In this document: in pieces, positions 1 through 9,671 of the stretch
Layout of the letters: each line of letters begins with the position of its first letter
Position numbering within the stretch: the first letter of the stretch is position 1
Assembly (NCBI GenBank): GCA_965226495.1
Contig: OZ245365.1
Span: 2,240,001-2,304,000 of the forward strand
From: Candidatus Marinacidobacterales bacterium
GTDB taxonomy: Bacteria > Acidobacteriota > Vicinamibacteria > Marinacidobacterales > DATDRI01
Length of the DNA stretch: 64,000 nt
Direction: 5' to 3'
Notes under the pieces: model-generated
The model's input: the letters and a program-made list of their open reading frames with translations, nothing else
The model's database searches: none
Told to the model about the DNA's origin: nothing
Made by a program: the position numbers and the translations under genes

Positions 1-642
1 CTGTGTTCTAGCCATCGAGAACGGTTTGACCTCGACGGGGTGTGCCCACTTTTCATTGTCGAAGACGAAGGGCAGGTCGGGGCCCGCGCCCAGCCGGAAG
101 CGGCCGCCAGGAATGTGGACGTCTCCGAGGATTGTATCCGGAAGATCGACCGGGCGAGGCTCGGGAAAATTGCGAAACGGGGGGTAACAATAGGAATGTG
201 TTTGCCGGGTGTAGGTGAATGCCTCGGCATGCATACACTCATGGAGGATGCTCAAGAGGACAAAATAAGTACCCTCCGGCCCGGGTTCGTCCTCGCCGAG
301 CTTTTCGCTCACCCTGTCTCGAACCTGTTCGATGTAGTCGAAGGTCGCTTGCCGGCCGGGCAGCCTGAGATCCCAGCGCACCTCATGATCGACTGCGGCG
401 GAATCGTAAAGGGTGTCGCCTTGCTCGAGAAGGGGTAACTGTTTGCTCCAGTGACGAAGGACCCATCTTTCTTGAAACCAACCCACGTGGCCGACTTCCC
501 AAAGAGGCGGGTTGACGATGGCGAGGCGAGGCCCCATTAGCTCCTCCGCGGTCAGATCCGAGACGAGATCGAGTGTGCAGGCGCGAACATCCGAGGCCAT
601 TTGATTGAGCTTGGACGCGGGGAGGGGAGCCGCTGTCGACAT
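1..642 (-). CDS. senA: EgtB-family non-heme iron sulfoxide/selenoxide synthase, SenA (selenoneine synthase)-like; 3' part lies outside the window
   Basis: Translated by hand because it is absent from the ORF track: MSTAAP...LMGPRLAIVNPPLWEVGHVGWFQERW...YDSAAVDHEVRW...HECMHAEAFTYTRQ...FVFDNEKWAHPV. It has a DinB-like His ligand set (GH + HExMH) followed by the start of an FGE-like domain. The frame stays open to the window edge. Confidence 0.8.
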   Translation of the reverse strand, partial: MSTAAPLPASKLNQMASDVRACTLDLVSDLTAEELMGPRLAIVNPPLWEVGHVGWFQERWVLRHWSKQLPLLEQGDTLYDSAAVDHEVRWDLRLPGRQATFDYIEQVRDRVSEKLGEDEPGPEGTYFVLLSILHECMHAEAFTYTRQTHSYCYPPFRNFPEPRPVDLPDTILGDVHIPGGRFRLGAGPDLPFVFDNEKWAHPVEVKPFSMARTQ

Positions 643-646
643 CGCG

Positions 647-2710
647 TCAGTTGCCGGAGGAGCTGCTCTCTCGCAGCCATCGGTCGAGCCAACCGAGGAC
701 CGTGTCATACCAGAGAATCGAATTCGCGGGTTTCAATACCCAGTGATTCTCGTCGGGGAAGTAGAGGAGCTTGCTCGGTATACCCCTTCGTTGGAGTGCG
801 GTGAAGGTCGCGATTCCTTGCGTTTCGACGACTCGAAAGTCATCGGCGCCGTGGATCACCAGCATGGGTGTTCGCCAGTTCTGAATGAAGTCGATCGGGT
901 TGTGGTTGCGGTAGCCGTCTGGATTGTCCCAAGGCGTTCCGTGGTGCTCCCATTCGGGAAACCAGAGCTCCTCCGTGGCGAGGTAGGCCATCCGTTCGTC
1001 GATGTTGCCGTCGTGATTCACCAGGCACCGAAAACGGTTGGGCCACTTGCCGGCGATCCAATTCACCATGTAGCCGCCGAAGGAACCACCGAGTGCGGCA
1101 ACCCGGTCGCCGTCCAGCCAAGGGTAACGCTCGACCGCTGCGGCGAGTCCTGCGACCAGATCCATCAGTGCTTTGCCTCCCCAGTCTCCTCGAATCGAGT
1201 CGGTGAAGGCTTGGCCATAACCAACCGAACCATGGAAATCGACCATCACCACCGCGTAGCCGGCTCCCGCATACGCTTGAGGATTCCATCGATAGTGGAA
1301 ATCGTTACCAAACGAACCTTGCGGCCCGCCGTGAATCAGGAACGCGATGGGATACTCTTTCGTCGCATCGAAGTCGGCAGGCTTAACGACGTAGGCGGAC
1401 ACGGTTTCGTTGTTCCAGCCCTCGAAGGTGAACTGCTCCGGCTCTCCCATGCGAACCGTCGCAAGGCGATCGCCATTTATGCGTGTGATCTCAAAGACGT
1501 CGGCTCCACCGGAGTCTACCGAGTAAAGCTCCACAGGAGAGCGTAGGTGATCACGGCCGTACACGATCCGGTCACCGGCCATCGCGGGAGAACGGATGCT
1601 CCCATCTTTGACAACTGTGCGCGCATCGCCGGTCATGACATCGATGGCAAAGAGTGACACCTGGCCTAGATTCGCCGCGGTGGCATAAATCGTATGGCCG
1701 TCCGAGGACCACGTGAACTCTCTGGGTGAACGGTCCCAGTTTTCTGTGAGGTTCCTTGTTTCACCGCCGGGCCAAGAACGAAGCATGATACGGAAACGGT
1801 CCGCCTCGTAGCCGACTCTTGACATGGCGAAGTAGGCGAGCGTTCGACCGTCCGGTGAGAACGCCGGTTGTGTGTCCCACGCTCGGTTCGATTCCGTCAG
1901 GTTTCGACGAGCCGACGAACCGTCTATGGACACTTGTTGTAGATCGAAGTTCGTGGACCACGCTTCTTCGCGTCCCACGTCGCGGGCCGCAAAAACCAAC
2001 GAGTGGCCGTCGGGAGTAAATGTAATTTCCTCCGGCCCACCGAACGGCTTCGAAGGTGTGTCGGCGTCCATGCCGGGGGTCGTGTCGAAGGGTCCTCCAC
2101 CCTCCACGGGCATAACGAACAAATGAGCTCGTCGGCCATCCTTCCAGGTGTCCCAATGTCGGATGAAGAGGTTCTCGTAGATGCGCCCGCCGACGTCGCT
2201 GCTCGCTCGCTCCTCGAGCCTTTCTGTCGTGCAGGGGAGATCGGGACAGTCGGGGAAGACTTCCATCGTAAAGGCGAGGTGAGATCCGTCGGGCGAGACC
2301 ACCAGGTTGCTCACATCGAGAGGGAGATCCGAAGTCTGCAGGGATTCTCCGCCGTTGGCCCGAATGCGCCAAACCTGCGACGAGCCCGAGCGCGTCGAGA
2401 GGAACCAAATCTCCTGGCCGTCCGACGACCAGCGCGGATTGAAATCGCTCGCCGGGTGCGTCGTCAGTCGCTTCAGACCGCTTCCGTCGACACCCACCAG
2501 CCAAAGATCCGTTCTTCCTCGGTTCGCCTCGAGATCCGTCGTGCGCAGCACAAAAACGATTCGCTTGCCGTCTGGCGAGACCTGGAGGTCGGAAATACGC
2601 TCCATCGCGAGCATGTCGTGGATGGAGAGAGGATGGGTTTCGGCCGCCAGGTTTCCAACGAGACCGAGGGTGGAAACTAGAGAGACTAGCAAGAGAATCG
2701 TGCGACGCAT
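647..2710 (-). CDS. Secreted S9 family (prolyl oligopeptidase/acylaminoacyl) peptidase
   Basis: Signal peptide, PD40-like propeller repeats (SPDG), IHGGPQG, nucleophile GGSFGG, HGADD and ENH catalytic motifs. Confidence 0.95.
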   Translation of the reverse strand: MRRTILLLVSLVSTLGLVGNLAAETHPLSIHDMLAMERISDLQVSPDGKRIVFVLRTTDLEANRGRTDLWLVGVDGSGLKRLTTHPASDFNPRWSSDGQEIWFLSTRSGSSQVWRIRANGGESLQTSDLPLDVSNLVVSPDGSHLAFTMEVFPDCPDLPCTTERLEERASSDVGGRIYENLFIRHWDTWKDGRRAHLFVMPVEGGGPFDTTPGMDADTPSKPFGGPEEITFTPDGHSLVFAARDVGREEAWSTNFDLQQVSIDGSSARRNLTESNRAWDTQPAFSPDGRTLAYFAMSRVGYEADRFRIMLRSWPGGETRNLTENWDRSPREFTWSSDGHTIYATAANLGQVSLFAIDVMTGDARTVVKDGSIRSPAMAGDRIVYGRDHLRSPVELYSVDSGGADVFEITRINGDRLATVRMGEPEQFTFEGWNNETVSAYVVKPADFDATKEYPIAFLIHGGPQGSFGNDFHYRWNPQAYAGAGYAVVMVDFHGSVGYGQAFTDSIRGDWGGKALMDLVAGLAAAVERYPWLDGDRVAALGGSFGGYMVNWIAGKWPNRFRCLVNHDGNIDERMAYLATEELWFPEWEHHGTPWDNPDGYRNHNPIDFIQNWRTPMLVIHGADDFRVVETQGIATFTALQRRGIPSKLLYFPDENHWVLKPANSILWYDTVLGWLDRWLRESSSSGN

Positions 2711-2808
2711 CCAAACCTCCGTAAATTACGCTGGCTTCGTATTTCCGCGCATGGCTACATGCTGCGCGTCATTAGCCGATGGTAACAGACCGGACGTCGT
2801 GAGACGCC

Positions 2809-2917
2809 GGGGTCAGATCCGAAAATGTCACTTTGCTCGGATCCGATTTTGTGCATGAGTTCGTCTATTGCGCACATTATTGGATCCGACCCCTGTGACA
2901 TTCTGGGGTCTGACCCC
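2809..2917. repeat. REP/MITE-like nested inverted-repeat element (GGGGTCNGAYCC unit x4)
   Basis: ggggtcagatccgaaaatgtcac (2809-2831) pairs with gtgacattctggggtctgacccc (2895-2917). An inner pair is tcggatccgattttgtgc / gcacattattggatccga. Confidence 0.7.
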
Positions 2918-2980
2918 GACGCCTGGCCAAGGCCGGTACGAGCACCGTCCTATTTTGGCGCCCGAGGAGATCTTCCCCAC

Positions 2981-4657
2981 TCAAGTCTTCCTCTTCCAGC
3001 CCGGTCCCCGAACGACGCGTCCGGGCGTCGCATCCGTGTGCTCGCCGTCCTCGAGCACCTGGGTTCCGTTGACCCAAACATGGACGACGCCGGTTGCGTA
3101 TTGATGGGGATTCTCGTACGTCGCGTGGTCCTGGATGTCCTCGGGGTCGAAGACGACGACGTCTGCGAAATAGCCCGGTTGAAGCGAGCCTCGGTCCTTG
3201 ATCCGGAGATTCCCGGCGGGCAATGCCGTCATACGCCGGATTGCCTCTTCGAGGGAAATGATCCCCTCATCCCGCACATATTTCCCGAGAAGGCGTGCGA
3301 AGTTCCCGTAGGCACGCGGGTGGGTGCTGGACTTCAAGAAGACGCCTTCCGTTGCCATCGAGCCGGCATCCGAGCCGAAGCTCACCCAGGGTAAAGCCAC
3401 CTGCTTGCGGACATTATCTTCCGACATCAGGAAATAGACCGCTTGCACGCGGCTGCCATCTTCGATGACCAAGTCCATCGCCGTATCTTCGGGACTGGTG
3501 CCCCGCATCTTCGCTACTTCGGCTAGTGTCTTGCCAGTGAGAGGTTTTAGCTCCTCGTTCTTGAACCCCACCAGAAGCGTCCCCTCGGGACCGGCGGCCA
3601 GGTTGAAGTTTTCCCATTCGTCGGTCGGGGTGGTCATTTCCTTGTGGACGCGGGCCCGGATGGCAGGATCCTTGAGGCGCTCTACCCATGCTTGGTACCC
3701 ACCCTCTTGCACCCATGGCGGCATCGTCGCGTTGAGTCCGGTGGATCCGGCGGTGTAGGTGTACATGTCGGCGGTGATACGCAAGCCTTCGGCCCGGGCG
3801 GCTTCTACTTTCGCGATGGCCTGATCGAGCAAGGGCCAGTTGGGCTCGCCCCCCGCCTTCAAATGATAAATCTCGGCTGGGAGGTCAGCCTCACGCGCGA
3901 TAGTAATGAGCTCGTCTACCGCCTCGATAAACCTTTTGCCCTCGCTTCGCATGTGGGAGATGTACATGCCGTCATACTCGGAAGCGACTTTACAGAGCTC
4001 GATCAACTCGTCCGTTTGCGCGTAGAAGGCCGGTGCGTAGATCAAAGACGAGCCGACACCGAGCGCACCCTCCTCCATCGCTTGCCGCACGAGTTGTCGC
4101 ATGCGATCCATTTCTTGGGGAGTCGGAGGACGGTCCTCGAATCCAATCTCGTGAATTCGAACCGTGGTAGCACCGACGAAGGAAGCCACATTGGGGGAGA
4201 TGCCGCGGCTAACCAAATAGTCAAGGTATTCTCCGAGCGTTGTCCACTCGATGTCGAACTTGATGTCGACTTGCGATTGCAGGAGCGCCTGCTCGGTGCG
4301 CTGGTTGACTGGCCCGTACGAGATTCCCTCGCCAAAAACCTCGAGGGTGACTCCCTGTCGGATATCGCCCTGCGAGCGGCCGTCTTCGATTAGGCTTCCC
4401 ACCGCCCAGCTCAACATATTGATAAACCCCGGAGACACGGCGAGCCCCTCGGCGTCGACTTCCGTATCTCCCCGGGCCCCGCCCAAATCCCCGATGGCGG
4501 CGATGCGATCTCCATGGATCGCGACGTCTCCCACGTAGGAAGCGGCACCGCTCCCGTCGTAGATCGTGCCGTTTCGGATGATGAGGTCGAATCGCTCCGT
4601 TGGGGCCGAAGAACAAGACCAGCTAAAAAGGATCAGAAACAAGTAACGTCGGGGCAT
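2981..4657 (-). CDS. N-acyl-D-amino-acid deacylase (D-aminoacylase) family amidohydrolase, probable lipoprotein
   Basis: DLIIRNGTIYDGSG, PGFINM, SHMRSE, YHLK, FGSDAG, HPRAYGNF, RGSLQPGYFADVVVFD; N-terminal hydrophobic stretch ending in WSC. Confidence 0.92.
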   Translation of the reverse strand: MPRRYLFLILFSWSCSSAPTERFDLIIRNGTIYDGSGAASYVGDVAIHGDRIAAIGDLGGARGDTEVDAEGLAVSPGFINMLSWAVGSLIEDGRSQGDIRQGVTLEVFGEGISYGPVNQRTEQALLQSQVDIKFDIEWTTLGEYLDYLVSRGISPNVASFVGATTVRIHEIGFEDRPPTPQEMDRMRQLVRQAMEEGALGVGSSLIYAPAFYAQTDELIELCKVASEYDGMYISHMRSEGKRFIEAVDELITIAREADLPAEIYHLKAGGEPNWPLLDQAIAKVEAARAEGLRITADMYTYTAGSTGLNATMPPWVQEGGYQAWVERLKDPAIRARVHKEMTTPTDEWENFNLAAGPEGTLLVGFKNEELKPLTGKTLAEVAKMRGTSPEDTAMDLVIEDGSRVQAVYFLMSEDNVRKQVALPWVSFGSDAGSMATEGVFLKSSTHPRAYGNFARLLGKYVRDEGIISLEEAIRRMTALPAGNLRIKDRGSLQPGYFADVVVFDPEDIQDHATYENPHQYATGVVHVWVNGTQVLEDGEHTDATPGRVVRGPGWKRKT

Positions 4658-4680
4658 TGGAGCCTCCTGTAGAGAACGCT

Positions 4681-4914
4681 CTAGTCTACATCGAGCAAAA
4701 CCGAGAGTTCATCTCGGTACACGGCACCCCAGGCCAGAGTCGCCAAGGTGTACGTTCCTATGAGCGTCAACGCGTAGCCGGGGTGCATCGCGGCAAGCGC
4801 GTGACTCGCTCCGACAACCGTGGCACCTATCAAGAGGACTAGCAACCAAGCTTGTAACCAAACGGCACTTTCTCGGACCAACGTCGCCGCACCCCGAGGC
4901 GACAGAACCGGGCA
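4681..4914 (-). pseudogene. Probable C-terminal remnant of a membrane protein
   Basis: Two hydrophobic helices and no clear RBS. The frame is cut by the TAG within a CTAG at 4915-4918, next to the repeat cluster. Confidence 0.35.
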
Positions 4915-4954
4915 CTAGAACGCCGTACCAACGAAGTTGGTACCACCTCTTTTA

Positions 4955-5132
4955 CCTCTCCCCCGACCGCGGGGGAGAGGTCGCTCGCCGAAGGCGGGCG
5001 GGTGAGGGGGCATTGAAAGATGGCTTCCATCCGTTACTCCCTCTCCCTCAGGGAGAGGGCCGGGGTGAGGGTCGTAATTGAAGTCCCTTTCCGTTACTCC
5101 CTCTCCCTCAGGGAGAGGGCCGGGGTGAGGGT
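4955..5132. repeat. Cluster of palindromic REP-like elements (CCCTCTCCC-N3-GGGAGAGGG...GGGTGAGGG type)
   Basis: Two identical 43-bp copies at 5030-5072 and 5090-5132, plus a longer two-hairpin variant at 4955-5010. Confidence 0.9.
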
Positions 5133-5184
5133 GGTCGTGGATAGCGGCGACAAAGTCGAGTATCGATTTCATTGTTGCCGTCAA

Positions 5185-6066
5185 CTAGAAGTTCCAAACG
5201 AGGTCGAAGAGCATTTGTTGCAAGCGTCGCTGGGCGCGGCCACCTAGGACCCATTTGGCGCCGATCTTGAAAAGGAGGTAAACCTTCAAGAGTCGAACCT
5301 TCCCGCGGCCGTAGTGTTTCTTGTAGAAGTAGAGCTGACTGCGTCGGTACTCGAAGCTAGCTTTTTCTCGATTCCCTTCCGTCGACTTTCCACGCAGGTG
5401 GATGACCTCTGCCTCCGGCGTGTAAAGAACACGGTAGCCAGCGCGACGCACCCTCTGGCAGTAATCCACCTCTTCGGTGTACATGAAGAAACAGTCGTCG
5501 AAATATCCGACCTTGTCGAGAAGCTCGGTCCTCAGCATCATGCAAGCACCGCTTACCCAATCGGGAAAGGCTTCCTGCTTGCTTCTTTTCTCTATGTAGC
5601 CGCGGAAGAAGCGATTGCCCCTCTCGTAAAATTTGGAGAGCAATTTCTGGCTTGCTTCGGCGCGAAAGTTGAGCATGTCACCATAGGAAATTTGCACCGA
5701 GCCGTCTTCGTTCCTCAAGAGTGGGCCCAACACACCGACGTCCGGTCTTTCCTCCATGATGCCCAACATGGCATCGATCGCACCAGACTTAACGAACGCG
5801 TCGTTATTGAGCAACAAGAGGTAGTCGCCCTTCGCTTCCCGCATGCCGAGGTTGTTGCCTCCTGCGAAGCCGAGATTGTCGGGAGACCCGATGGCAACTA
5901 CCTCTGGAAAGTCGCGGGTAACCATTGGGAGACTGCCGTCGGTGGAGGCGTTGTCTACGACAATGACCTCGATCGGTCGATGAGACGTCTGGTCATAGAG
6001 CGACTGGAGGCAGTGCTTGAGGTGGATCTTGGCGTTGTAACTGACGATCAGGACGGTCAGTTCCAT
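5185..6066 (-). CDS. Glycosyltransferase family 2 (WbbL/RfbF-like)
   Basis: VLIVSYN, VVDNASTDGS, NLGFAGGNN, LLLNND, DWVSGACM, FFMYTEEVDYC. Confidence 0.95.
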   Translation of the reverse strand: MELTVLIVSYNAKIHLKHCLQSLYDQTSHRPIEVIVVDNASTDGSLPMVTRDFPEVVAIGSPDNLGFAGGNNLGMREAKGDYLLLLNNDAFVKSGAIDAMLGIMEERPDVGVLGPLLRNEDGSVQISYGDMLNFRAEASQKLLSKFYERGNRFFRGYIEKRSKQEAFPDWVSGACMMLRTELLDKVGYFDDCFFMYTEEVDYCQRVRRAGYRVLYTPEAEVIHLRGKSTEGNREKASFEYRRSQLYFYKKHYGRGKVRLLKVYLLFKIGAKWVLGGRAQRRLQQMLFDLVWNF

Positions 6067-7214
6067 CAGCTTTTCGAGCCCAGCCGCTCATAGACGGCCA
6101 AGGTTTTGCGAGCCGTCTCTTCCCAGGAAAACGAAGTGACTCGCTTCGAGCCGGCTTCTATGAGTTGTCCGCGCTCTCGGTCGTCGCCCCAAACCCGCTC
6201 GATGCCGGACGCAATCGCTTCAGGATCGGTTGGGTCCACGTAGGTAGCCGCCTCCGCCGCCACCTCGCGATGGGTGGGAATGTCAGAGGCTACGACCGGG
6301 AGCTCACACGCCATGGCTTCGAGAACCGTAAAACCGAATCCCTCCCATAGTGCGATGCTTGCCAGAGCACGCGCCCGCCGGTAGACCACCGGCAAGTGTT
6401 CCGAAGGCACGTAACCCAACTTCACAACACGAGAGCCTAAACGGTGTTTGTCGATGGCGCTGTCGACAGCTGCTTCATCCATCCCTGGTCCGCCCGCGAG
6501 CAGGAGCATGCCGTCCCAACCTCGGCGCACCAGTTGCGCTACCGCTTCCACCAGCCGGGGCAAGTTCTTCCGCGGCTCCAATGTTGCCACCGAAAGCAAG
6601 TAGCGCGGCGGCAGCTTGTACCTGGCACGGATACGTTCTTCGTCGCCAGAATGCTCGGCGCCGATCCGGAAGCTCTCGATGTCGACGCCGTAGGGTGTCA
6701 ACACCACCTTCCGCTCGTCGACCCCGAGCTCTCGGACGAGGTCGTCTTTGGTGGTCCGGGAGCCGGTGAGCACTGCGTCGGCGCGAGCGGCATGTGCCTT
6801 CACCAAAGGGACGTAGTCGCGTCGGATCTCGGCCTCTGTCGCCTCGGCATGCCGGTAGAAGAAGATGTCGTGGATGGTTACGATGGCTCGACCGCGTCTC
6901 GATGGCAGAATGAGTGGATGAGGCGAATGCGTAATGTTGAACGAGCGTCCGGTCAGAAGGTCGAGCGAAGGTTGTCCTGTACGGTGCCACAGAGCGTTCA
7001 ACACGGAGACCGGGATCCTTCGATCGACGAGCTCGAAGTTGGGCGGAAGGGCGCCTACCTGCGCTCGTTCTCGCAGCGAGCTGGAGAAGAGCGTATAGCG
7101 GTTCTCCGAGTCGATGCGGGCCAAGGCGCCGGTTAGGCCGGCGACGTAACGGCCCACTCCGGTTAGCCGAGATAGCGCAGGCCGGTAGTCGATTCCAACG
7201 TTGAGGTTGGGCAT
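6066..7214 (-). CDS. Glycosyltransferase family 4 (GT-B, WbpY-like)
   Basis: TGVGRY, VTIHD, TLEPRKNL, EGFGFTVLEAMAC; start placed at MPNLN. Confidence 0.93.
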   Translation of the reverse strand: MPNLNVGIDYRPALSRLTGVGRYVAGLTGALARIDSENRYTLFSSSLRERAQVGALPPNFELVDRRIPVSVLNALWHRTGQPSLDLLTGRSFNITHSPHPLILPSRRGRAIVTIHDIFFYRHAEATEAEIRRDYVPLVKAHAARADAVLTGSRTTKDDLVRELGVDERKVVLTPYGVDIESFRIGAEHSGDEERIRARYKLPPRYLLSVATLEPRKNLPRLVEAVAQLVRRGWDGMLLLAGGPGMDEAAVDSAIDKHRLGSRVVKLGYVPSEHLPVVYRRARALASIALWEGFGFTVLEAMACELPVVASDIPTHREVAAEAATYVDPTDPEAIASGIERVWGDDRERGQLIEAGSKRVTSFSWEETARKTLAVYERLGSKS

Positions 7215-7340
7215 GCTCCGCCGCGGATGATAGCACGCCCGCACCCCGGTCGATGGTCACCGATGGTGTTCGCCGTCGTCGTTTTTGACCTTATAATAGA
7301 AAACCATTCTGTCTTGTTTACTAAAGGAGTCGTTTGGTTC

Positions 7341-8654
7341 ATGAAGATTTGTGTCGTGGGTACGGGCTATGTCGGCCTGGTCGTCGCTTCGTGTTTTGCA
7401 GAAAACGGCAACAGCGTCATCGGTGTGGATATCGATGAAGAGAAGATAGACCGACTCTCAAAGGGGGAAAACCCCATCTACGAGCCGGGGTTGGACGAGT
7501 TGCTCAAGAGAAACCTGCAGGAAGAGAGGCTTTCCTTTAGCACCAACCTCCCGGAAGCGGTCAAGGTTTCGGAGGTCGTCTTCATCGCTGTCGGCACGCC
7601 CCCCAGCGAGGATGGGTCCGCGGATATGAGCAACGTCCTGAGCGTGGCCGAATCGATCGGCCGGGCGATGAACGGGTACAAAGTCGTGGTCCTCAAGAGC
7701 ACCGTCCCGGTGGGAACGCACCAAAGGGTAAGAGAGACCATTGCCGCTTTCACATCACAACGCTTCGGAGTGGCGTCCAACCCTGAGTTCTTGAAAGAAG
7801 GGGCCGCGATTGAGGACTTCATGCGTCCCGATCGGGTAGTCGTCGGTACCGACGACGCAGAGGTCGGCCAATTGATGACCGAGCTCTACCGTCCATTGGT
7901 GCGGACCGGCAACCCGATTTTGGTGATGGACCCCGCTAGCGCCGAGATTTCGAAATACGCCGCCAACGCGATGCTGGCCAGCCGCATCAGCTTCATGAAC
8001 GAAATCGCGCGTTTATGCGAGTCGGTTGACGCGGATGTGTCGCAGGTTCGCAAAGCGATCGGAGCGGACAGCAGGATCGGGCACGCTTTTCTCTTTCCTG
8101 GGGTGGGTTACGGGGGATCCTGTTTCCCCAAAGACATACGAGCCTTGCTCCATACCGCCGAGGAAAAGGGCGTCGACCTCGCGATCGTGAGAGCCACCGA
8201 GAATGTGAACGAAACGCAGAAACGATTCTTGCTACCCAAAATCTTGGGGCTCTTCGGCGGAGAGCTGAAGTCTGTGACGCTCGCCGTGTGGGGACTTGCC
8301 TTCAAGCCTAGAACCGACGACATGCGAGAAGCTCCGTCGATAGTGTTGATCGAGGAGTTAGCGAAAAGGGGAGCCCACCTTCGGGTCTTCGATCCCGAAG
8401 CTATGAAAGAAGCCAAGAAGGTACTCTCCAAGTGGGACAAAAGCATCACCTATTGCAGTAAGGGCTATGACGCGTGTGAAGGAGCGGAAGCTTTGATCTT
8501 GGTCACCGAGTGGAACGAGTTTCGTGAGCCCGACTTCGAGCGCTTACGCGGCGTGATGAAGCGTCCAGTGGTTTTCGACGGACGAAACATCTACAACCCC
8601 GATGTGCTGAACAAGCTAGGATTCGCCTACTTCGGCGTCGGCCGACGGGCCTGA
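7341..8654 (+). CDS. ugd: UDP-glucose 6-dehydrogenase
   Basis: MKICVVGTGYVG, AVGTP, SNPEFLKEG, GYGGSCFPKD, FKPRTDDMRE; AAGGAG RBS before 7341. Confidence 0.96.
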   Translation: MKICVVGTGYVGLVVASCFAENGNSVIGVDIDEEKIDRLSKGENPIYEPGLDELLKRNLQEERLSFSTNLPEAVKVSEVVFIAVGTPPSEDGSADMSNVLSVAESIGRAMNGYKVVVLKSTVPVGTHQRVRETIAAFTSQRFGVASNPEFLKEGAAIEDFMRPDRVVVGTDDAEVGQLMTELYRPLVRTGNPILVMDPASAEISKYAANAMLASRISFMNEIARLCESVDADVSQVRKAIGADSRIGHAFLFPGVGYGGSCFPKDIRALLHTAEEKGVDLAIVRATENVNETQKRFLLPKILGLFGGELKSVTLAVWGLAFKPRTDDMREAPSIVLIEELAKRGAHLRVFDPEAMKEAKKVLSKWDKSITYCSKGYDACEGAEALILVTEWNEFREPDFERLRGVMKRPVVFDGRNIYNPDVLNKLGFAYFGVGRRA

Positions 8655-8666
8655 GCTGAGAGATCG

Positions 8667-9671
8667 ATGCCCGCCGTCCTTGTTACTGGGGGAGCCGGTT
8701 TCGTCGGCTCACATACCGTACGGGAGCTAGTGCGTCGAGGCGAGCGTGTCGTGGTCCTCGACGATCTGAGCGCGGGGCATCGAGAAGCCGTCGGGGGAGT
8801 CGAGCTGGTGGCGGTCGATCTTTCTGCGCCGGCTCAGGCGCGAGAGGGGCTCGACAGCATCTTCAAGAGCGAAGAGATCGATGTAGTGCTTCATTTTGCA
8901 GGGAAGGCCTATGTAGGAGAGTCGGTTCGAGCGCCCGGGAAGTATTACAAAAATAATGTGGGCGGAGGCATCGAGCTACTCGAAGCCGTGGCGCGAAACC
9001 AGGTTCCGGGGGTGATCTTTTCCTCCACCTGTGCCATCTATGGTGAGCCGGAGGTCGTTCCCATTCCTGAGACGCACCCCCAACGACCGGTAAGTCCGTA
9101 TGGTCGCACGAAGCGTGACTTCGAGGAAGCACTCGCGGACTTCGAGACCGCCTACGGAACGCGACACGTCAACCTCCGCTACTTCAACGCCGCCGGAGCT
9201 CATCCGGATGGTGATCTCGGTGAAGATCATCGCCCGGAGACGCATCTCATCCCTCTGGCATGTGAGGTGGCGATGGGACTCCGAGCGTCACTCGGAATCT
9301 TTGGCGACGACTACGGGACTCCCGATGGGACATGTATTCGCGACTATGTGCACGTCGTGGATCTCGCTTCGGCCCATACGATGGCGGTCGATGCTCTTCG
9401 TGCCGGCGCTGCCTCCACCAGCTACAATCTCGGGACGGGAAAGGGATACTCGGTGCTCGAGGTAGTTAGTACGGTCGAACGGGTAAGCGGCAAAGATGTT
9501 CCCACCGAACGCGCGGAGCGACGCGCGGGAGATCCTCCTCGGCTCGTAGCGGCGAGTGAGAAGATCGAGCGGGAGTTGGGATGGAAGCCGAGCTTCGCCT
9601 CACTCGAGGGGATCGTCGAGACGGCCTGGCAGTTCAAGCAAAAGCATCCCAAGGGTTACGGCGAAGCGTGA
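8667..9671 (+). CDS. galE: UDP-glucose 4-epimerase
   Basis: [48 protein letters not shown]. Confidence 0.96.
   Translation: MPAVLVTGGAGFVGSHTVRELVRRGERVVVLDDLSAGHREAVGGVELVAVDLSAPAQAREGLDSIFKSEEIDVVLHFAGKAYVGESVRAPGKYYKNNVGGGIELLEAVARNQVPGVIFSSTCAIYGEPEVVPIPETHPQRPVSPYGRTKRDFEEALADFETAYGTRHVNLRYFNAAGAHPDGDLGEDHRPETHLIPLACEVAMGLRASLGIFGDDYGTPDGTCIRDYVHVVDLASAHTMAVDALRAGAASTSYNLGTGKGYSVLEVVSTVERVSGKDVPTERAERRAGDPPRLVAASEKIERELGWKPSFASLEGIVETAWQFKQKHPKGYGEA

Noticed and set aside
605-1546. 313-aa plus-strand ORF
   Set aside because: Antisense shadow of the S9 peptidase, typical of GC-rich DNA, with no motifs
5030-5132. Possible CRISPR array
   Set aside because: Only two 43-bp units with one 17-bp spacer, no cas genes, and the unit is a REP-like palindrome
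4915-5247. ORFs with PHPGPLPEGEG / SLSLRERAGVR repeats
   Set aside because: These are translations of the palindromic DNA repeat and not credible proteins
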